Of a stretch of DNA of 57,087 nt, positions 46,357-56,645 are shown piece after piece. The notes beneath the pieces are model-generated. The model was not told the DNA's origin. It worked only from the letters and a program-made list of their open reading frames with translations, and searched no databases. A program made the position numbers and the translations under genes. Source of the DNA: Candidatus Heimdallarchaeota archaeon (GTDB lineage Archaea; Asgardarchaeota; Heimdallarchaeia; Heimdallarchaeales; JAJRWK01); assembly GCA_027061945.1 (NCBI GenBank), contig JAMOVR010000065.1:1-57087 (forward strand), given 5' to 3'. How positions within the stretch are numbered: the first letter of the stretch is position 1; every line of letters starts with the position of its first letter.

Positions 46357-48348
46357 TTATTTAAGCTTTTTATATGCATATCCTGCGAAAAATACTACAA
46401 CAATCAACATGACTGCAAAGAGAAGTGCAAGAACAGGATTGATCTGATTATATATTGGGGGTATTCTTTCTATTAAGATTGTAGTTGATTGGTCTGCGAA
46501 GCCCCAACCGTTTTCATATGCTCTGATATATACGTCCACAAAACCTTTTACGGCTTCTAGTTCACCAGTCAAACTAGTAAATATGTAGTGAGTGTAGTTC
46601 TCTGTATTATTGAAAGTCATAATGATTGTTTTTAGTGGTACATCTGCTTGTTTGAATATTACTTCAACGGTTACGTTTTGAGTGTTGGTGTCATTGTTAT
46701 TTTTGTATACTGAAGTGAATACTGCAATTGGATCTCCTTGCATATATTCAAACTTGTCAGTTGTAGTGTGGTTTACTTTTAAGAACCCTGTAAATCTAGC
46801 GGCCCAGGGAACTAGTCTGATGAAGAAATACTCATTGTCTTTTGCCTGTACTGATAATTTATCTACGAAACTTGCAGTGGAAAACACGACTATTCTACCG
46901 CCAAATTCTAAGTCTACTCCGAGAATTAATGAAGAATCATCGGGTAAACTTTCGTTTTCGTTATGAATCCCATCATTATTTTCGTCTAAGAAAAGTGTGT
47001 TAGGAATGGGTGCAATATTATAAGCTAAAAACCTTTGTCCTTGGATTGTTTTTGCGTTATTAAGCAAAGTTGTGTTTAAAGCACCTGAAGCCAATAGTAA
47101 TGACTGAATTTCCTTGTCTGTTGTTGGTGAAGGCCCTTTGAAAAAGGGGGCATCTGTATTATAAGTAGTAACATCTTCAACATACGTATCAGTTCCGTTT
47201 TGGTTTACATCACCAAACAGTACTGGTGTATCATATGTAGAAAGATAAAGGTTTTCTAGTAATTTCTTAGCAGAAGCAGACAAGTCTGTTCCTACAAAGA
47301 TCATTAAATGTCCGCCATTAATGAAATACTCAGTATATGCTTTTATTTCATCGTCCTTATATTCATGGTTTCCTAAGAATAAAAAGGTAATATTTTTACT
47401 TCTAAGGTCATCTAAGGTCATAGAGCTACTAATCCAACTAACATTTTCTACTTGTATACCATATGATTTTATGAGAGTTACGAAACCTTTAATGTTATCG
47501 TAGTCACTTGCACCTCTTGCATCCAAATAAGCTGTCATGTTTGATGTTGGTTCTACGGCAAAACCAGTTCCCGTTTCATTAAGTCTATAATTTACCCAGG
47601 AGGAAGTCATTACGGTAGAGGTGTTAAAGTCAGCAGTTTGATTAATCCATGCTAAGATACGGAAGGAAATAATTAGTTGATCGAAAATATTGACGTCATG
47701 GCCTTTTGTATCATTAGAATTAATTGCTTTGTAAAATTCAATAATTGTACTTTTGTCATAGTACGTCGTGATATTACCTATTACTCCAGCAGTATTGTTT
47801 TCACCACCTACTGCTAAGTCATTAACTACGACAGGATTGTCGTCGGTTTCATTCATATAAACGAAGCCATCAACAGTACTTGTATTATATTCATTTAGAA
47901 TGACGATGTCATGGGGTGAATCAATGGTACCAAAATCATTACGTCTTAAGTCATTATCAAACTCAAAGGCGAACCAGTCATGGGTCGCGTTATTATAAGG
48001 TGTTTGTGAGCCCGCAGGGACAGTATCATTTACGGGCAGATATTCATGTGTGAAATTAAGCATTACGAACAAGTGTGTTCCATTTACTTGGGTGTAGAGC
48101 TCGCCGTTGAAGCCCTCTTTACCACCCACGTTAATGTATATTTTAGAAGCATTCACCCATTCCTGGGAGAAACTAGATTTATTACCGTCGATTACCGGGA
48201 GGTTATCACCGTTGATAGGGAGCACTATTGTGTCCGTGTCATCTTCTCCTGTTACCATCGGAATTGAAGGGCTAATAATTAGCACAGTTAGGAGAATAGT
48301 TAGTAGAAATAATTGAGTAAATACTCGACCTCTTGTCATGGATCTCAC
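46357..48348 (-). CDS. large secreted surface glycoprotein candidate with C-terminal TM anchor
   Basis: 663 aa. N-terminal signal/TM (VFTQLFLLTILLTVLIISPSIP), very many N-x-S/T sequons, and a C-terminal helix VLALLFAVMLIVVVFFAGYAYKKLK. The central block (TFLFLGNHEYKDDEIKAYTEYFINGGHLMIFVGTD) resembles 27158..28171. Confidence 0.75.
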   Translation of the reverse strand: MRSMTRGRVFTQLFLLTILLTVLIISPSIPMVTGEDDTDTIVLPINGDNLPVIDGNKSSFSQEWVNASKIYINVGGKEGFNGELYTQVNGTHLFVMLNFTHEYLPVNDTVPAGSQTPYNNATHDWFAFEFDNDLRRNDFGTIDSPHDIVILNEYNTSTVDGFVYMNETDDNPVVVNDLAVGGENNTAGVIGNITTYYDKSTIIEFYKAINSNDTKGHDVNIFDQLIISFRILAWINQTADFNTSTVMTSSWVNYRLNETGTGFAVEPTSNMTAYLDARGASDYDNIKGFVTLIKSYGIQVENVSWISSSMTLDDLRSKNITFLFLGNHEYKDDEIKAYTEYFINGGHLMIFVGTDLSASAKKLLENLYLSTYDTPVLFGDVNQNGTDTYVEDVTTYNTDAPFFKGPSPTTDKEIQSLLLASGALNTTLLNNAKTIQGQRFLAYNIAPIPNTLFLDENNDGIHNENESLPDDSSLILGVDLEFGGRIVVFSTASFVDKLSVQAKDNEYFFIRLVPWAARFTGFLKVNHTTTDKFEYMQGDPIAVFTSVYKNNNDTNTQNVTVEVIFKQADVPLKTIIMTFNNTENYTHYIFTSLTGELEAVKGFVDVYIRAYENGWGFADQSTTILIERIPPIYNQINPVLALLFAVMLIVVVFFAGYAYKKLK

Positions 48349-48547
48349 ATCTTCGTGTTAATTACGGCACGACTATAGATATCTTTCACGTCTGGTGAGT
48401 GCCCGAAATTAAATCTTATAAGAGTTATTGAATCGGTGTTGTATTAAAGATATTGATAAAGTTCGTTTTATTATCAAATATATTCTATAAAAAAGACAAT
48501 TACAAAAGATCGTTTTTTGAAAATAAGTATCGATCATATCATTATCT

Positions 48548-48632
48548 CCTTATGCGATCCCTATCGAAAGCAAATGACTTTCTGCTTCATCAAGAAGACT
48601 GAGCACTGAACTATCTCCTTGTAAAGAATGTT
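48548..48632 (-). repeat. IS200/IS605 right-end fragment
   Basis: The reverse complement 'cattctttacaaggagatagttcagtgctcagtcttcttgatgaagcagaaagtcatttgctttcgatagggatcgcat' is collinear with 12751-12839 and 13040-13091. Confidence 0.45.
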
Positions 48633-48799
48633 TTTGAGTAATTTTTTATAGACTTTTATCAATAGTTAATCCAGTTTTCCCTCAAAACCGTTTCTTTAGG
48701 GCGTTTTAATGCAATTCGACATATAAAAAATTAAAAAATAAGATTATTGGCTTTCTTTCATTTTTACAAATATTAGAGATAAACGTTCCGTTGACAGAA

Positions 48800-51709
48800 T
48801 TAAATTTTTTCCAAAACGTTTTGTAGGTATTTACCTGTATATGAATCTTTATTTTTAATTACTTTTTCAGGAGTTCCTTGAGCAACGATTTTCCCCCCTT
48901 CTTCTCCCCCTTCAGGGCCTAAGTCTATTATGTAATCCGCGTTTTTTATTATATCCATATTATGCTCTATAACAAGAACAGTATTACCATTGTCTACTAT
49001 ACGGTGTATTACGTCTAATAATCTTTTTACATCATGAAAATGAAGCCCAGTAGTCGGTTCGTCCATTAGGATTAAAGTGTTTCCTGTTTGCCTTTTTGCT
49101 AGCTCTCGACTTAATTTTATTCTTTGTGCCTCTCCCCCTGAGAGAGTCAATGAAGACTGTCCTAATTTTAGATAACCACATCCTACATCTGAAAGTGTTT
49201 GAAGTATTCTTTTTATAGAAGGAATAGAGTCAAAAAATATTAAGGCTTCGTCTACAGTCATATCTAAAACTTCACTTATGTTTTTACCTTTGTATCGGAT
49301 TTTTAAAGTCTCTTCATTATACCTTTTTCCATGACACACGTCACATTCAACATAAACATCGGGTAGAAAATGAAGCTCAACTTTTACATAACCATTCCCT
49401 TCACAAGCTTCACATCTTCCTTGTTTCACGTTAAAAGAAAATCTTCCTGGTTTGTAGCCTTTTTTCTTGCTTTCAGGAAGAGATGCGAAAAGATTTCTTA
49501 TATGGTCGAACACTTTTGTGTATGTTGCAGGTGTTGAGCGAGGAGTTCTTCCTATAGGACTCTGATCAATAAGAACTACACGATCGATATTTTCTAAACC
49601 GATTATCTCTTTAAATTTCCCAGGTTTTTCCCTGCTTTTATAAAAATAACGAGCCAATGCTTTCCAGAGGATTTCTTCGACTAAAGAACTTTTCCCCGAA
49701 CCCGAAACACCTGTTACTGCAACAAATACTCCCAAAGGTATTTTAATGTTTAAATCTCTTAAATTATTGTGATTTATCCCTTTAAGTTCTAGCCATTTCT
49801 TAGGAGATCTTCTTTTTTTAGGGACGGGTATTTTTAGCTCTCCTCTAAGATATTTTCCGGTCAAACTTTCGGGATGATGGATTATTTCTTTAATGCTTCC
49901 TTGGGCAACTACTTCACCACCATGAAGACCTGCACCCGGCCCCATGTCTACAATATAATCTGCAGCTCTTATTGTCTGCTCATCATGTTCCACTACAATT
50001 ACTGTATTTCCCAAGTCTCTTAATTCATAAAAAGTACGAATAAGCCGATCCGTGTCTCTTGCATGTAGCCCTATAGAGGGTTCATCAAGGACGTAAAGAA
50101 CACCAACTAATTTACTTCCAACTTGTGTCGCTAAACGTATTCTTTGTGCTTCTCCTCCTGAAAGAGTAGACGCTTTTCGATTAAGAGTTAAATAACCCAA
50201 ACCAACATCTACTAAAAATGAAAGTCTGGTTTTTAGTTCTCTAATAACCTGTTCTGCAATGAATTTTTCTTTTTTGGTTAACTGTGATGGCAATGAGCTA
50301 ATAAAAGATAACGCGTTAGCTATTGACATTTCATTAATATGAGATATGTTTTTACCAGCAATATATACTGACAAGGCAGATTCATTCAATCGTCGACCAT
50401 TACATGTTGGGCATGGTGCATCACTCATAAAACTTTCATAATATTCTCTCATTGCATTAGATTTTGTTTGTCGATACCTCCTTTTAATCATGTTTATAAT
50501 GCCCTCTGTTTTTCTAATCCCATTAAAAGAAAAACCACCGTTTTCTTTGTCTGAGCTAATATTAATTTTGATTGGGCGGTCACTTCCATATAACAATACT
50601 TCCAAAGCTTTTGATGGAAGGTCTTTAATAGGAACATCAGTTCGAAAACCATATTCCTTTGCTAAAGCTTCAATAATTTTGTAACTCCAAGAATCAGTTG
50701 ATCTAGAAATTGCTATGATCGCTCCTTCTTTTATGCTTTTATTTTTATTAGGGATAAGCAGATCGGGATCTACTTCCATTACTGTCCCAAGACCCATACA
50801 TGTAGGACATGCCCCTTGCGGTGCATTAAACGAAAAAAGTCTTGGTTCTAATTCTGGTGCTGGAGTCCCACATTTTGGACATGAACCATTTTCACTAAAT
50901 AAGAATCGATCTTTTACTTCGGTTTCCAAAGAATGTTTTTCAATAATTACATATCCATCAGACAATCTAAGAGCCATTTCTATTGCTTCTGAAATCCTCT
51001 CTTTATTATTTTCAGTAACTTTTAACTGATCTATTACTACTTCAATTGAATGTTTTCTTTTGGGGTCAAGCTCAATTTCTCTTTCCGTTAAATCTACATA
51101 CTTACCGTCAATATAAGCATAAATGAATCCTTGTTTTATTAGGTCTGTAAAAAGTGTTTTATAATGACCTTTTCTTTCCCTTACGACGGGTGAAAGAATC
51201 AATATTTTTTCGTTTTCAAAGTCAATACTTACTTTTTCGATTATTTCTTGAGATGATAATGGAAGAATTTCTATACGACATTTAGGACAATGTGGTTTTC
51301 CGATTATTGAATATAATACTCTAAGGTAATCATATATCTCTGTAACCGTTCCTACCGTAGAACGTGGATTTGAACTAGTTGTTTTTTGATCTATACATAT
51401 TGAAGGTGAAAGCCCACTGATTTTTTCTACTTGAGGCTTTTCAAGCTTTCCCACAAATTGCCTGGCATATGAACTTAAAGATTCTAAAAACCTTCGTTGC
51501 CCTTCTGCAAAAATCGTGTCTATCGCTAGACTGGACTTTCCTGAGCCTGAAACTCCTGTAATAACTATGAATTTGTCTCGAGGGAGATCAATATCTATAT
51601 TTTTTAGATTATGCTCTCTCGCTCCTCTTACCCGGATATATTTAGCATTCTCATAATAAAATTCTGTAGAAGTGGGCTCTGCTTCTTGCTTTATTACCAT
51701 TATTCTCAA
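48800..51709 (-). CDS. uvrA: excinuclease ABC subunit A
   Basis: 969 aa. Two ABC modules ([10 protein letters not shown] twice; LSGGEAQR twice). Zinc modules CPKCG..CPTC and [28 protein letters not shown] at the N-terminus. Confidence 0.95.
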   Translation of the reverse strand: MRIMVIKQEAEPTSTEFYYENAKYIRVRGAREHNLKNIDIDLPRDKFIVITGVSGSGKSSLAIDTIFAEGQRRFLESLSSYARQFVGKLEKPQVEKISGLSPSICIDQKTTSSNPRSTVGTVTEIYDYLRVLYSIIGKPHCPKCRIEILPLSSQEIIEKVSIDFENEKILILSPVVRERKGHYKTLFTDLIKQGFIYAYIDGKYVDLTEREIELDPKRKHSIEVVIDQLKVTENNKERISEAIEMALRLSDGYVIIEKHSLETEVKDRFLFSENGSCPKCGTPAPELEPRLFSFNAPQGACPTCMGLGTVMEVDPDLLIPNKNKSIKEGAIIAISRSTDSWSYKIIEALAKEYGFRTDVPIKDLPSKALEVLLYGSDRPIKINISSDKENGGFSFNGIRKTEGIINMIKRRYRQTKSNAMREYYESFMSDAPCPTCNGRRLNESALSVYIAGKNISHINEMSIANALSFISSLPSQLTKKEKFIAEQVIRELKTRLSFLVDVGLGYLTLNRKASTLSGGEAQRIRLATQVGSKLVGVLYVLDEPSIGLHARDTDRLIRTFYELRDLGNTVIVVEHDEQTIRAADYIVDMGPGAGLHGGEVVAQGSIKEIIHHPESLTGKYLRGELKIPVPKKRRSPKKWLELKGINHNNLRDLNIKIPLGVFVAVTGVSGSGKSSLVEEILWKALARYFYKSREKPGKFKEIIGLENIDRVVLIDQSPIGRTPRSTPATYTKVFDHIRNLFASLPESKKKGYKPGRFSFNVKQGRCEACEGNGYVKVELHFLPDVYVECDVCHGKRYNEETLKIRYKGKNISEVLDMTVDEALIFFDSIPSIKRILQTLSDVGCGYLKLGQSSLTLSGGEAQRIKLSRELAKRQTGNTLILMDEPTTGLHFHDVKRLLDVIHRIVDNGNTVLVIEHNMDIIKNADYIIDLGPEGGEEGGKIVAQGTPEKVIKNKDSYTGKYLQNVLEKI

Positions 51710-51830
51710 TTTCTCAACTACAAAAATTAATATTATTATCTTTTTATTTTAGTTCTATTGGAAAAAGTTCCCCTCAGAAAGGTATGAGATAAGAAATGAT
51801 ACCCATATGGTTAAATTGTATTATCACATA

Positions 51831-52424
51831 GTGAACTACCCCTTTCTTTGGCAAGGGGCTTCCTACTTCATTAAGAAAACTTGCCCCAAAATCACTTCCT
51901 TTATTTACTGTAAGAAAGGGTTCGGAGTATTTTAGTATCCTCTCCACAGGCGCTAGGGGTATCACATTCATTTCTGCTTCCCACACGAAAAACCACAAAT
52001 AACCACTCTGTCACTCAGTTTTAGCTCGGTAGTTATCTCTCCGCACACGGCATACTTCTTGGAAGTGTATGGGGGAGAAACTTTTGTTAGTGTCTTACCA
52101 CTCCCTTGCCTTCCACCTTGTAAGACCGCATCCCTATCCCTATAAACTCGCTTCATGACGCGTCCGGAATGCGTCGGTGCAAGGCCTTGTTCTTTCCTTT
52201 ACTGACCAGTCCTCTAATGTTCAGCTCTTCCACGTAGATTGCGTCGTAGCTGTTTACGTAATACCTTGACATTTTGTGTAGGAAGTCTTTGCGCTGGTTG
52301 TTTAGTTCCCAGCGTATAGGCTCCGTATTGGTGCGGTGGTGGTATGAAGGAGTGAAAGCGAGTATTGGATTTCATTTAATCCTCTCCCTTGCGGAAGGGG
52401 ACTTCACGCCGACAGAGTTAAAAA
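51831..52424 (-). mobile_element. Decayed IS200/IS605 element: left-end hairpin, tnpB pseudogene, omega-RNA-like right end
   Basis: Left end (rc of 52381-52424) 'tttaactctgtcggcgtgaagtccccttccgcaagggagagg'. Right end (rc of 51831-51960) '..cctagcgcctgtggagaggatactaaaatactccgaaccctttcttacagtaaataaaggaagtgattttggggcaagttttcttaatgaagtaggaagccccttgccaaagaaaggggtagttcac'. Confidence 0.75.
51960..52335 (-). pseudogene. tnpB: tnpB (IS605 OrfB-type RNA-guided nuclease) C-terminal half, frameshifted
   Basis: Reads ..IRWELNNQRKDFLHKMSRYYVNSYDAIYVEELNIRGLVSKGKNKALHRRIPDAS* and then, in another frame, ..VSPPYTSKKYAVCGEITTELKLSDRVVICGFSCGKQK*. These are TnpB RuvC-II and zinc-finger blocks. The N-terminal half and the DRDxNA motif are missing. 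Confidence 0.7.
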
Positions 52425-52488
52425 TAGATATAATCACACTAATATGAAATTATAAAAAACAGCTGAACATATTTATAATTATAATTAA

Positions 52489-53955
52489 TTAGAAAGTAAG
52501 AACATTTATTGTTAATAGATCCATAAATTCGTTTATAGGCATATTATACAGCTTTTCAGGGTTTCTAAATAATTCAACAAGTTTTTCCACTTTTTCCTTA
52601 GGGAATCTTGTAGAAGCATTTTTTACAAATTTTTGCTCTAGCAATGGGATAGCCTCTTTTCTTCTTTTTTTATGACCTATTGGATAGTAAACCTCAACTT
52701 TTTCTGTTGATGTTCCGTCTTTGAAGAATACTTGTATGGCATTGGGGATTGCTCTTTTATTGGGATCATGATAGTCCTTTGTGTATTGTGGGTTTTCCTT
52801 TACGACCATTTTTTCTCTTAGTGCATCTATTCTTGGATCTTTTGCTCGTTCTTCTTCGTAGTCTTCCTCTGTTAGATTGCCGAATATTAGGCCTATTGCA
52901 ATCATATATTGCAGACAATGATCCCGGTCTGCAGGATTAAATAGGGGGCCTGTTTTAGAGATTATCCGTATTGCTGCTTCATGAGTTGTTATTTCAATCC
53001 GATCTATTTCTTCTAAACGATCTTTTACAAAGGGATGAAGTTGTATTGCTGCTTCTACAGCGGTTTGTGCATGGAATTCTGCAGGGAATGAAACCTTGAA
53101 TAATATATTCTCCATAACATAAGTACCATAGGACCTTTGGAAACGAAACTTTTCGCCATCCCAGATCCGATCATAGAAACCCCATTTAGGAGCTGTAAGT
53201 GCTGAATTATATCCCATTTCTCCACGAAGGGCTTGTAATGCTAAAAATACACCACGGGCAGAAGCATCTCCTGCAGCCCAACTTTTTCGGGATCCTGTGT
53301 TAGGAGCATGACGATAAGTACGTAAAGGTCCCAAGTCAACCCATACGTTTGAAATTGCATTTATTGTTTGTTCTTTAGTTGCCCCAAAAAGTAAGGATGA
53401 GACCGCCGTACTTGCTAATTTTACCAGAATCACATGATCTAAGCCCTTCTTATTGAAAGCATTTTCTAAAGCCATGATCCCTTGGATTTCATGTGCTTTA
53501 ATCATTGCTTCTAAGACATCTTTAACTGTCAATGGGGATTTTCCCTTAGATACATAGTTTCTAGACATAAAATCTGCTACAGCTAAGATCGCTCCTAAGT
53601 TATCAGAAGGATGCCCCCATTCTGCAGCAAGCCATGTATCATTATAATCTAACCAACGGATAATCGTTCCAATATTAAAAGCGGCTGTAATTGGATCAAG
53701 TACATAATCAGTTCCTGGTACCCTTGAGCCATTAGGTACTATTGTTCCAGGTACTACAGGTCCAAGCATTTTAGTACATTCGGGAAACTTGAGAGCTAAT
53801 AATCCACATCCAATACTGTCCATTAAACATAATCTAGCAGTATTTATTGCTTCTTCTGAATTAATTTGATATTCATGAACATAATTAGCAATTTCTACTA
53901 TTTCTTTGTCTGGTGGTGTCCGCTGATTTAAAGATGAATGGTCTGTAGATGTCAT
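52489..53955 (-). CDS. prpD: 2-methylcitrate dehydratase (MmgE/PrpD family)
   Basis: 488 aa. Has PrpD-family blocks ([31 protein letters not shown]). Sits in an operon with prpC and prpB. Confidence 0.9.
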   Translation of the reverse strand: MTSTDHSSLNQRTPPDKEIVEIANYVHEYQINSEEAINTARLCLMDSIGCGLLALKFPECTKMLGPVVPGTIVPNGSRVPGTDYVLDPITAAFNIGTIIRWLDYNDTWLAAEWGHPSDNLGAILAVADFMSRNYVSKGKSPLTVKDVLEAMIKAHEIQGIMALENAFNKKGLDHVILVKLASTAVSSLLFGATKEQTINAISNVWVDLGPLRTYRHAPNTGSRKSWAAGDASARGVFLALQALRGEMGYNSALTAPKWGFYDRIWDGEKFRFQRSYGTYVMENILFKVSFPAEFHAQTAVEAAIQLHPFVKDRLEEIDRIEITTHEAAIRIISKTGPLFNPADRDHCLQYMIAIGLIFGNLTEEDYEEERAKDPRIDALREKMVVKENPQYTKDYHDPNKRAIPNAIQVFFKDGTSTEKVEVYYPIGHKKRRKEAIPLLEQKFVKNASTRFPKEKVEKLVELFRNPEKLYNMPINEFMDLLTINVLTF

Positions 53956-53976
53956 TGATTTCGCCTCAGGGATCCT

Positions 53977-55110
53977 TTATTCTCCTCTCTCTTCTATAGG
54001 GACATATGGTCTTTCTTCAGGACCCACATAGTTAGCTAATGGACGTATTAGTTTGTTATTTTGTCGTTGCTCTATGATGTGAGCAGCCCATCCCGAAGAA
54101 CGGCTAAGTACGAAGATGGGTGTGAACATTCGAGTTTCTATACCCGCCATGTGATAAGCTGTTGCTGAATAGAAGTCTAAGTTTGCAAATAATCTTTTTT
54201 CTTCCCACATAGTTTTTTCAATTGCTTCAGAGATCTCATATAATTTCATGTCTCCTTTTTCCTCGCTAAGTTTTCTGGCCCATTCTTTAATTATTGCATT
54301 CCTAGGATCTCGTTCGGCATAAACAGCATGGCCAAATCCCATAATTTTTTCTTTTTTAGCTAATTTTTCTTTAATTCCTTTTATTGCTTCTTCAGGATCA
54401 TTAAAGCTAGATATTAAATAGTAAGCTTTTTCATTCGCACCTCCATGTAATGGGCCTTTTAGCGTCCCAATTGCTGCCGTAATGCAAGAATGGAAATCTG
54501 ATAATGTAGAAGCACAAACTCTTGCAGTAAAAGTAGAAGCATTGAATTCGTGCTCGGCATATAAGATTAAGGAGACATTCATCATTTGTCTTTCAAGATC
54601 TGTAGGTTTTCTGCCTGTTATCATATGCATAACATAACCTGCAAATGTTTCTTCATCTGAATCTAGTGGAACTTCTTTACCTTGTGACTTTAAGTACCAA
54701 TAACCAAGAATGCTAGGAAGAATACCAAGGATTCTTACTGCAGCATTAAATCCAGTATCTCCTTCTTCTTCTGGTTCAATTAGACCTAATGCAGAGACAC
54801 CTGTTCTTAGAACATCCATGGGATGGGCATCTGTAGGGAATTTGTCTAAGATCTCTTTTATTGTTTCAGGCAGATAACGTCCTTCTTTTAATTTTTGTTT
54901 CCATTCATCTAATTGTTTTTTAGTTGGTAACTCTCCGTTTAGTAATAAATAAGTTACTTCTTCAAAAGTGCTCTTACTAGCCAAGTCTTCAATACTATAT
55001 CCTCGATATAGCAGTCCTACTCCTTCTACGCCAACAGTACAGATGGCTGTATTTCCAGCTCGTACTCCTCTTAAACCAGTTGTATCTTTTGATTGTTTAA
55101 TTTTTCCCAT
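53977..55110 (-). CDS. prpC: 2-methylcitrate synthase / citrate synthase family
   Basis: 377 aa. Has the citrate synthase signature MGFGHAVYAERDPR and the HGGANE block. Methylcitrate specificity is inferred from the operon context only. Confidence 0.85.
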   Translation of the reverse strand: MGKIKQSKDTTGLRGVRAGNTAICTVGVEGVGLLYRGYSIEDLASKSTFEEVTYLLLNGELPTKKQLDEWKQKLKEGRYLPETIKEILDKFPTDAHPMDVLRTGVSALGLIEPEEEGDTGFNAAVRILGILPSILGYWYLKSQGKEVPLDSDEETFAGYVMHMITGRKPTDLERQMMNVSLILYAEHEFNASTFTARVCASTLSDFHSCITAAIGTLKGPLHGGANEKAYYLISSFNDPEEAIKGIKEKLAKKEKIMGFGHAVYAERDPRNAIIKEWARKLSEEKGDMKLYEISEAIEKTMWEEKRLFANLDFYSATAYHMAGIETRMFTPIFVLSRSSGWAAHIIEQRQNNKLIRPLANYVGPEERPYVPIEERGE

Positions 55111-55115
55111 TTTTA

Positions 55116-55997
55116 TTACCTCTTTCTAAATAACTTGTCTAATAACTCTTCATACTTATAGTAATCAAGCAATTCATAAAGTTCTTCTCGAGTTTGCATT
55201 TCACTAATTAAACTTTTTTGAGTACCTTCCTTTTTCAAGGTATTGTACAGTTTTTCAGCGGCTTTATTCATCATTCTAAAAGCGGATAATGGATATAATG
55301 CAATTGATACTCCTACACTTCTAAGTTCTTCAACAGTAAATAGAGGTGTCTTCCCAAATTCAGTTATATTAGCAAGAACAGGAACATCAACCGCATCTAC
55401 AAATGCTTTGTATTGCTTTAAACTTGTTAGAGCTTCAGGAAAGATAGCATTAGCACCAGCATCAATGTAAGCATTTACCCTTTCAATTGCCTTCTCAAGA
55501 CCTTCTTGAGCAAAAGCATCTGTACGTGCCATAATAACAAAGTCTGGATCTTTTTTAGCATTAACAGCAGCCTTTATTCGATCAACCATTTCTTCTGTAG
55601 GCACTATTTGCTTATTAGGTCTGTGGCCACATCTTTTTTGCATCTCTTGATCTTCTATGTGTACACCAGCAACACCTATTCTTTCTAAGGTTTTAATAGT
55701 CCTTGCAATATTAAAAGCACCACCAAAACCAGTGTCAATATCTACAAGTAAAGGAAGGTCAACCGCAGAAAGGATCCTTCTGGCATCTTCAGCAACATCG
55801 TGTAGTGTTGTTATTCCTAAATCCGGTAATCCATGAGAAGCATTTGCTACTCCTGCACCAGACAAGTATATTGCTTTAAATCCTGCTTTTCTTGCAAGCA
55901 TCGCGGCCATTGCATTTATAGTTCCTACGACTTGTAGCGGCTTTTCTTCGTTTATAGCGTTAAAAAAACGTCTGCCAGGTGAAAGATCATTTTCCAT
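55116..55997 (-). CDS. prpB: methylisocitrate lyase (isocitrate lyase/PEP mutase superfamily)
   Basis: 293 aa. Has the signature QKRCGH, plus the DTGFGG and HIEDQ blocks. Confidence 0.9.
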   Translation of the reverse strand: MENDLSPGRRFFNAINEEKPLQVVGTINAMAAMLARKAGFKAIYLSGAGVANASHGLPDLGITTLHDVAEDARRILSAVDLPLLVDIDTGFGGAFNIARTIKTLERIGVAGVHIEDQEMQKRCGHRPNKQIVPTEEMVDRIKAAVNAKKDPDFVIMARTDAFAQEGLEKAIERVNAYIDAGANAIFPEALTSLKQYKAFVDAVDVPVLANITEFGKTPLFTVEELRSVGVSIALYPLSAFRMMNKAAEKLYNTLKKEGTQKSLISEMQTREELYELLDYYKYEELLDKLFRKR

Positions 55998-56112
55998 TTA
56001 TCAGTAGAAGATAAATTTCAACTTATAACATTTTTCCACAAAAAGGTAGTCTATGTGTAAAAGAACATCAGAGATTATAGACAATTAGTAAATCTAACAA
56101 TTTGTTACTTTT

Positions 56113-56600
56113 GTGAACTACCTCTTGTTTTCACAATGCTTTTTGCCCTTCAATCAGAGCGTTATCTCAATAGACCTTGATAACAACCGCATTTCTCTCT
56201 CCAAGATCGGTAGCGTCAAGGCAAAAATACACAGGAAAACAAACGGAAAAGTAAAGGGAATAGGTAAAGGAATAAAAATCCTCACGGTAAGTAATACGTA
56301 ATACTCCAGTAAAAAAGAGAAGAAACTTAACAGAAATAAAAAGAGAATCTATTAGCCGAAACTGGGCGACAGAGTGCTTGTTTGCCCTGAATGTGGCTAG
56401 GAAGCAAAGCAGACAGAGACTACTACAACGCTTCCCTGAACATCCTCAAAATCAAGACAGGGGCGGGACGCCCCGTAGCGCCTGTGGAGAGGATACTAAA
56501 ATACTCCGAACCCTTTCTTACAGTAAATAAAGGAAGTGATTTTGGGGCAAGTTTTCTTAATGAAGCAAGAACCCTTTCTCAAAAGCAAGTGGTAATTTAC
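56113..56600 (+). mobile_element. Decayed IS200/IS605 element: internally deleted tnpB plus omega-RNA-like right end; inverted relative to 51831-52424
   Basis: Starts with a reversed right-end tip 'gtgaactacc'. The right end 'ggggcgggacgccccgtagcgcctgtggagagg...gaagcaagaaccctttctcaaaagcaagtggtaatttac' follows. Positions 56476-56565 are the exact reverse complement of 51866-51955. Confidence 0.75.
56128..56470 (+). pseudogene. tnpB: tnpB remnant (N-terminal ~60 codons fused to C-terminal ~45 codons, with stop and frameshift)
   Basis: ..IDLDNNRISLSKIGSVKAKIHRKTNGKVK.. is the typical TnpB N-terminal beta-barrel motif. Then ..KLGDRVLVCPECG* followed, frameshifted, by ..ADRDYYNASLNILKIKTGAGRPVAPVE, the zinc finger and RuvC-III DRDxNA motif. 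Confidence 0.7.
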
Positions 56601-56645
56601 CCAAATCCATATGATTGATATAATCGTGTGTATGAATATTACTTA

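Noticed and set aside
48800-51709. Checked uvrA (969 aa) for an intein or unusual insertion
   Set aside because: Its length and domain order (two ABC modules with interspersed zinc modules) are normal for UvrA, and no intein-like blocks were seen.
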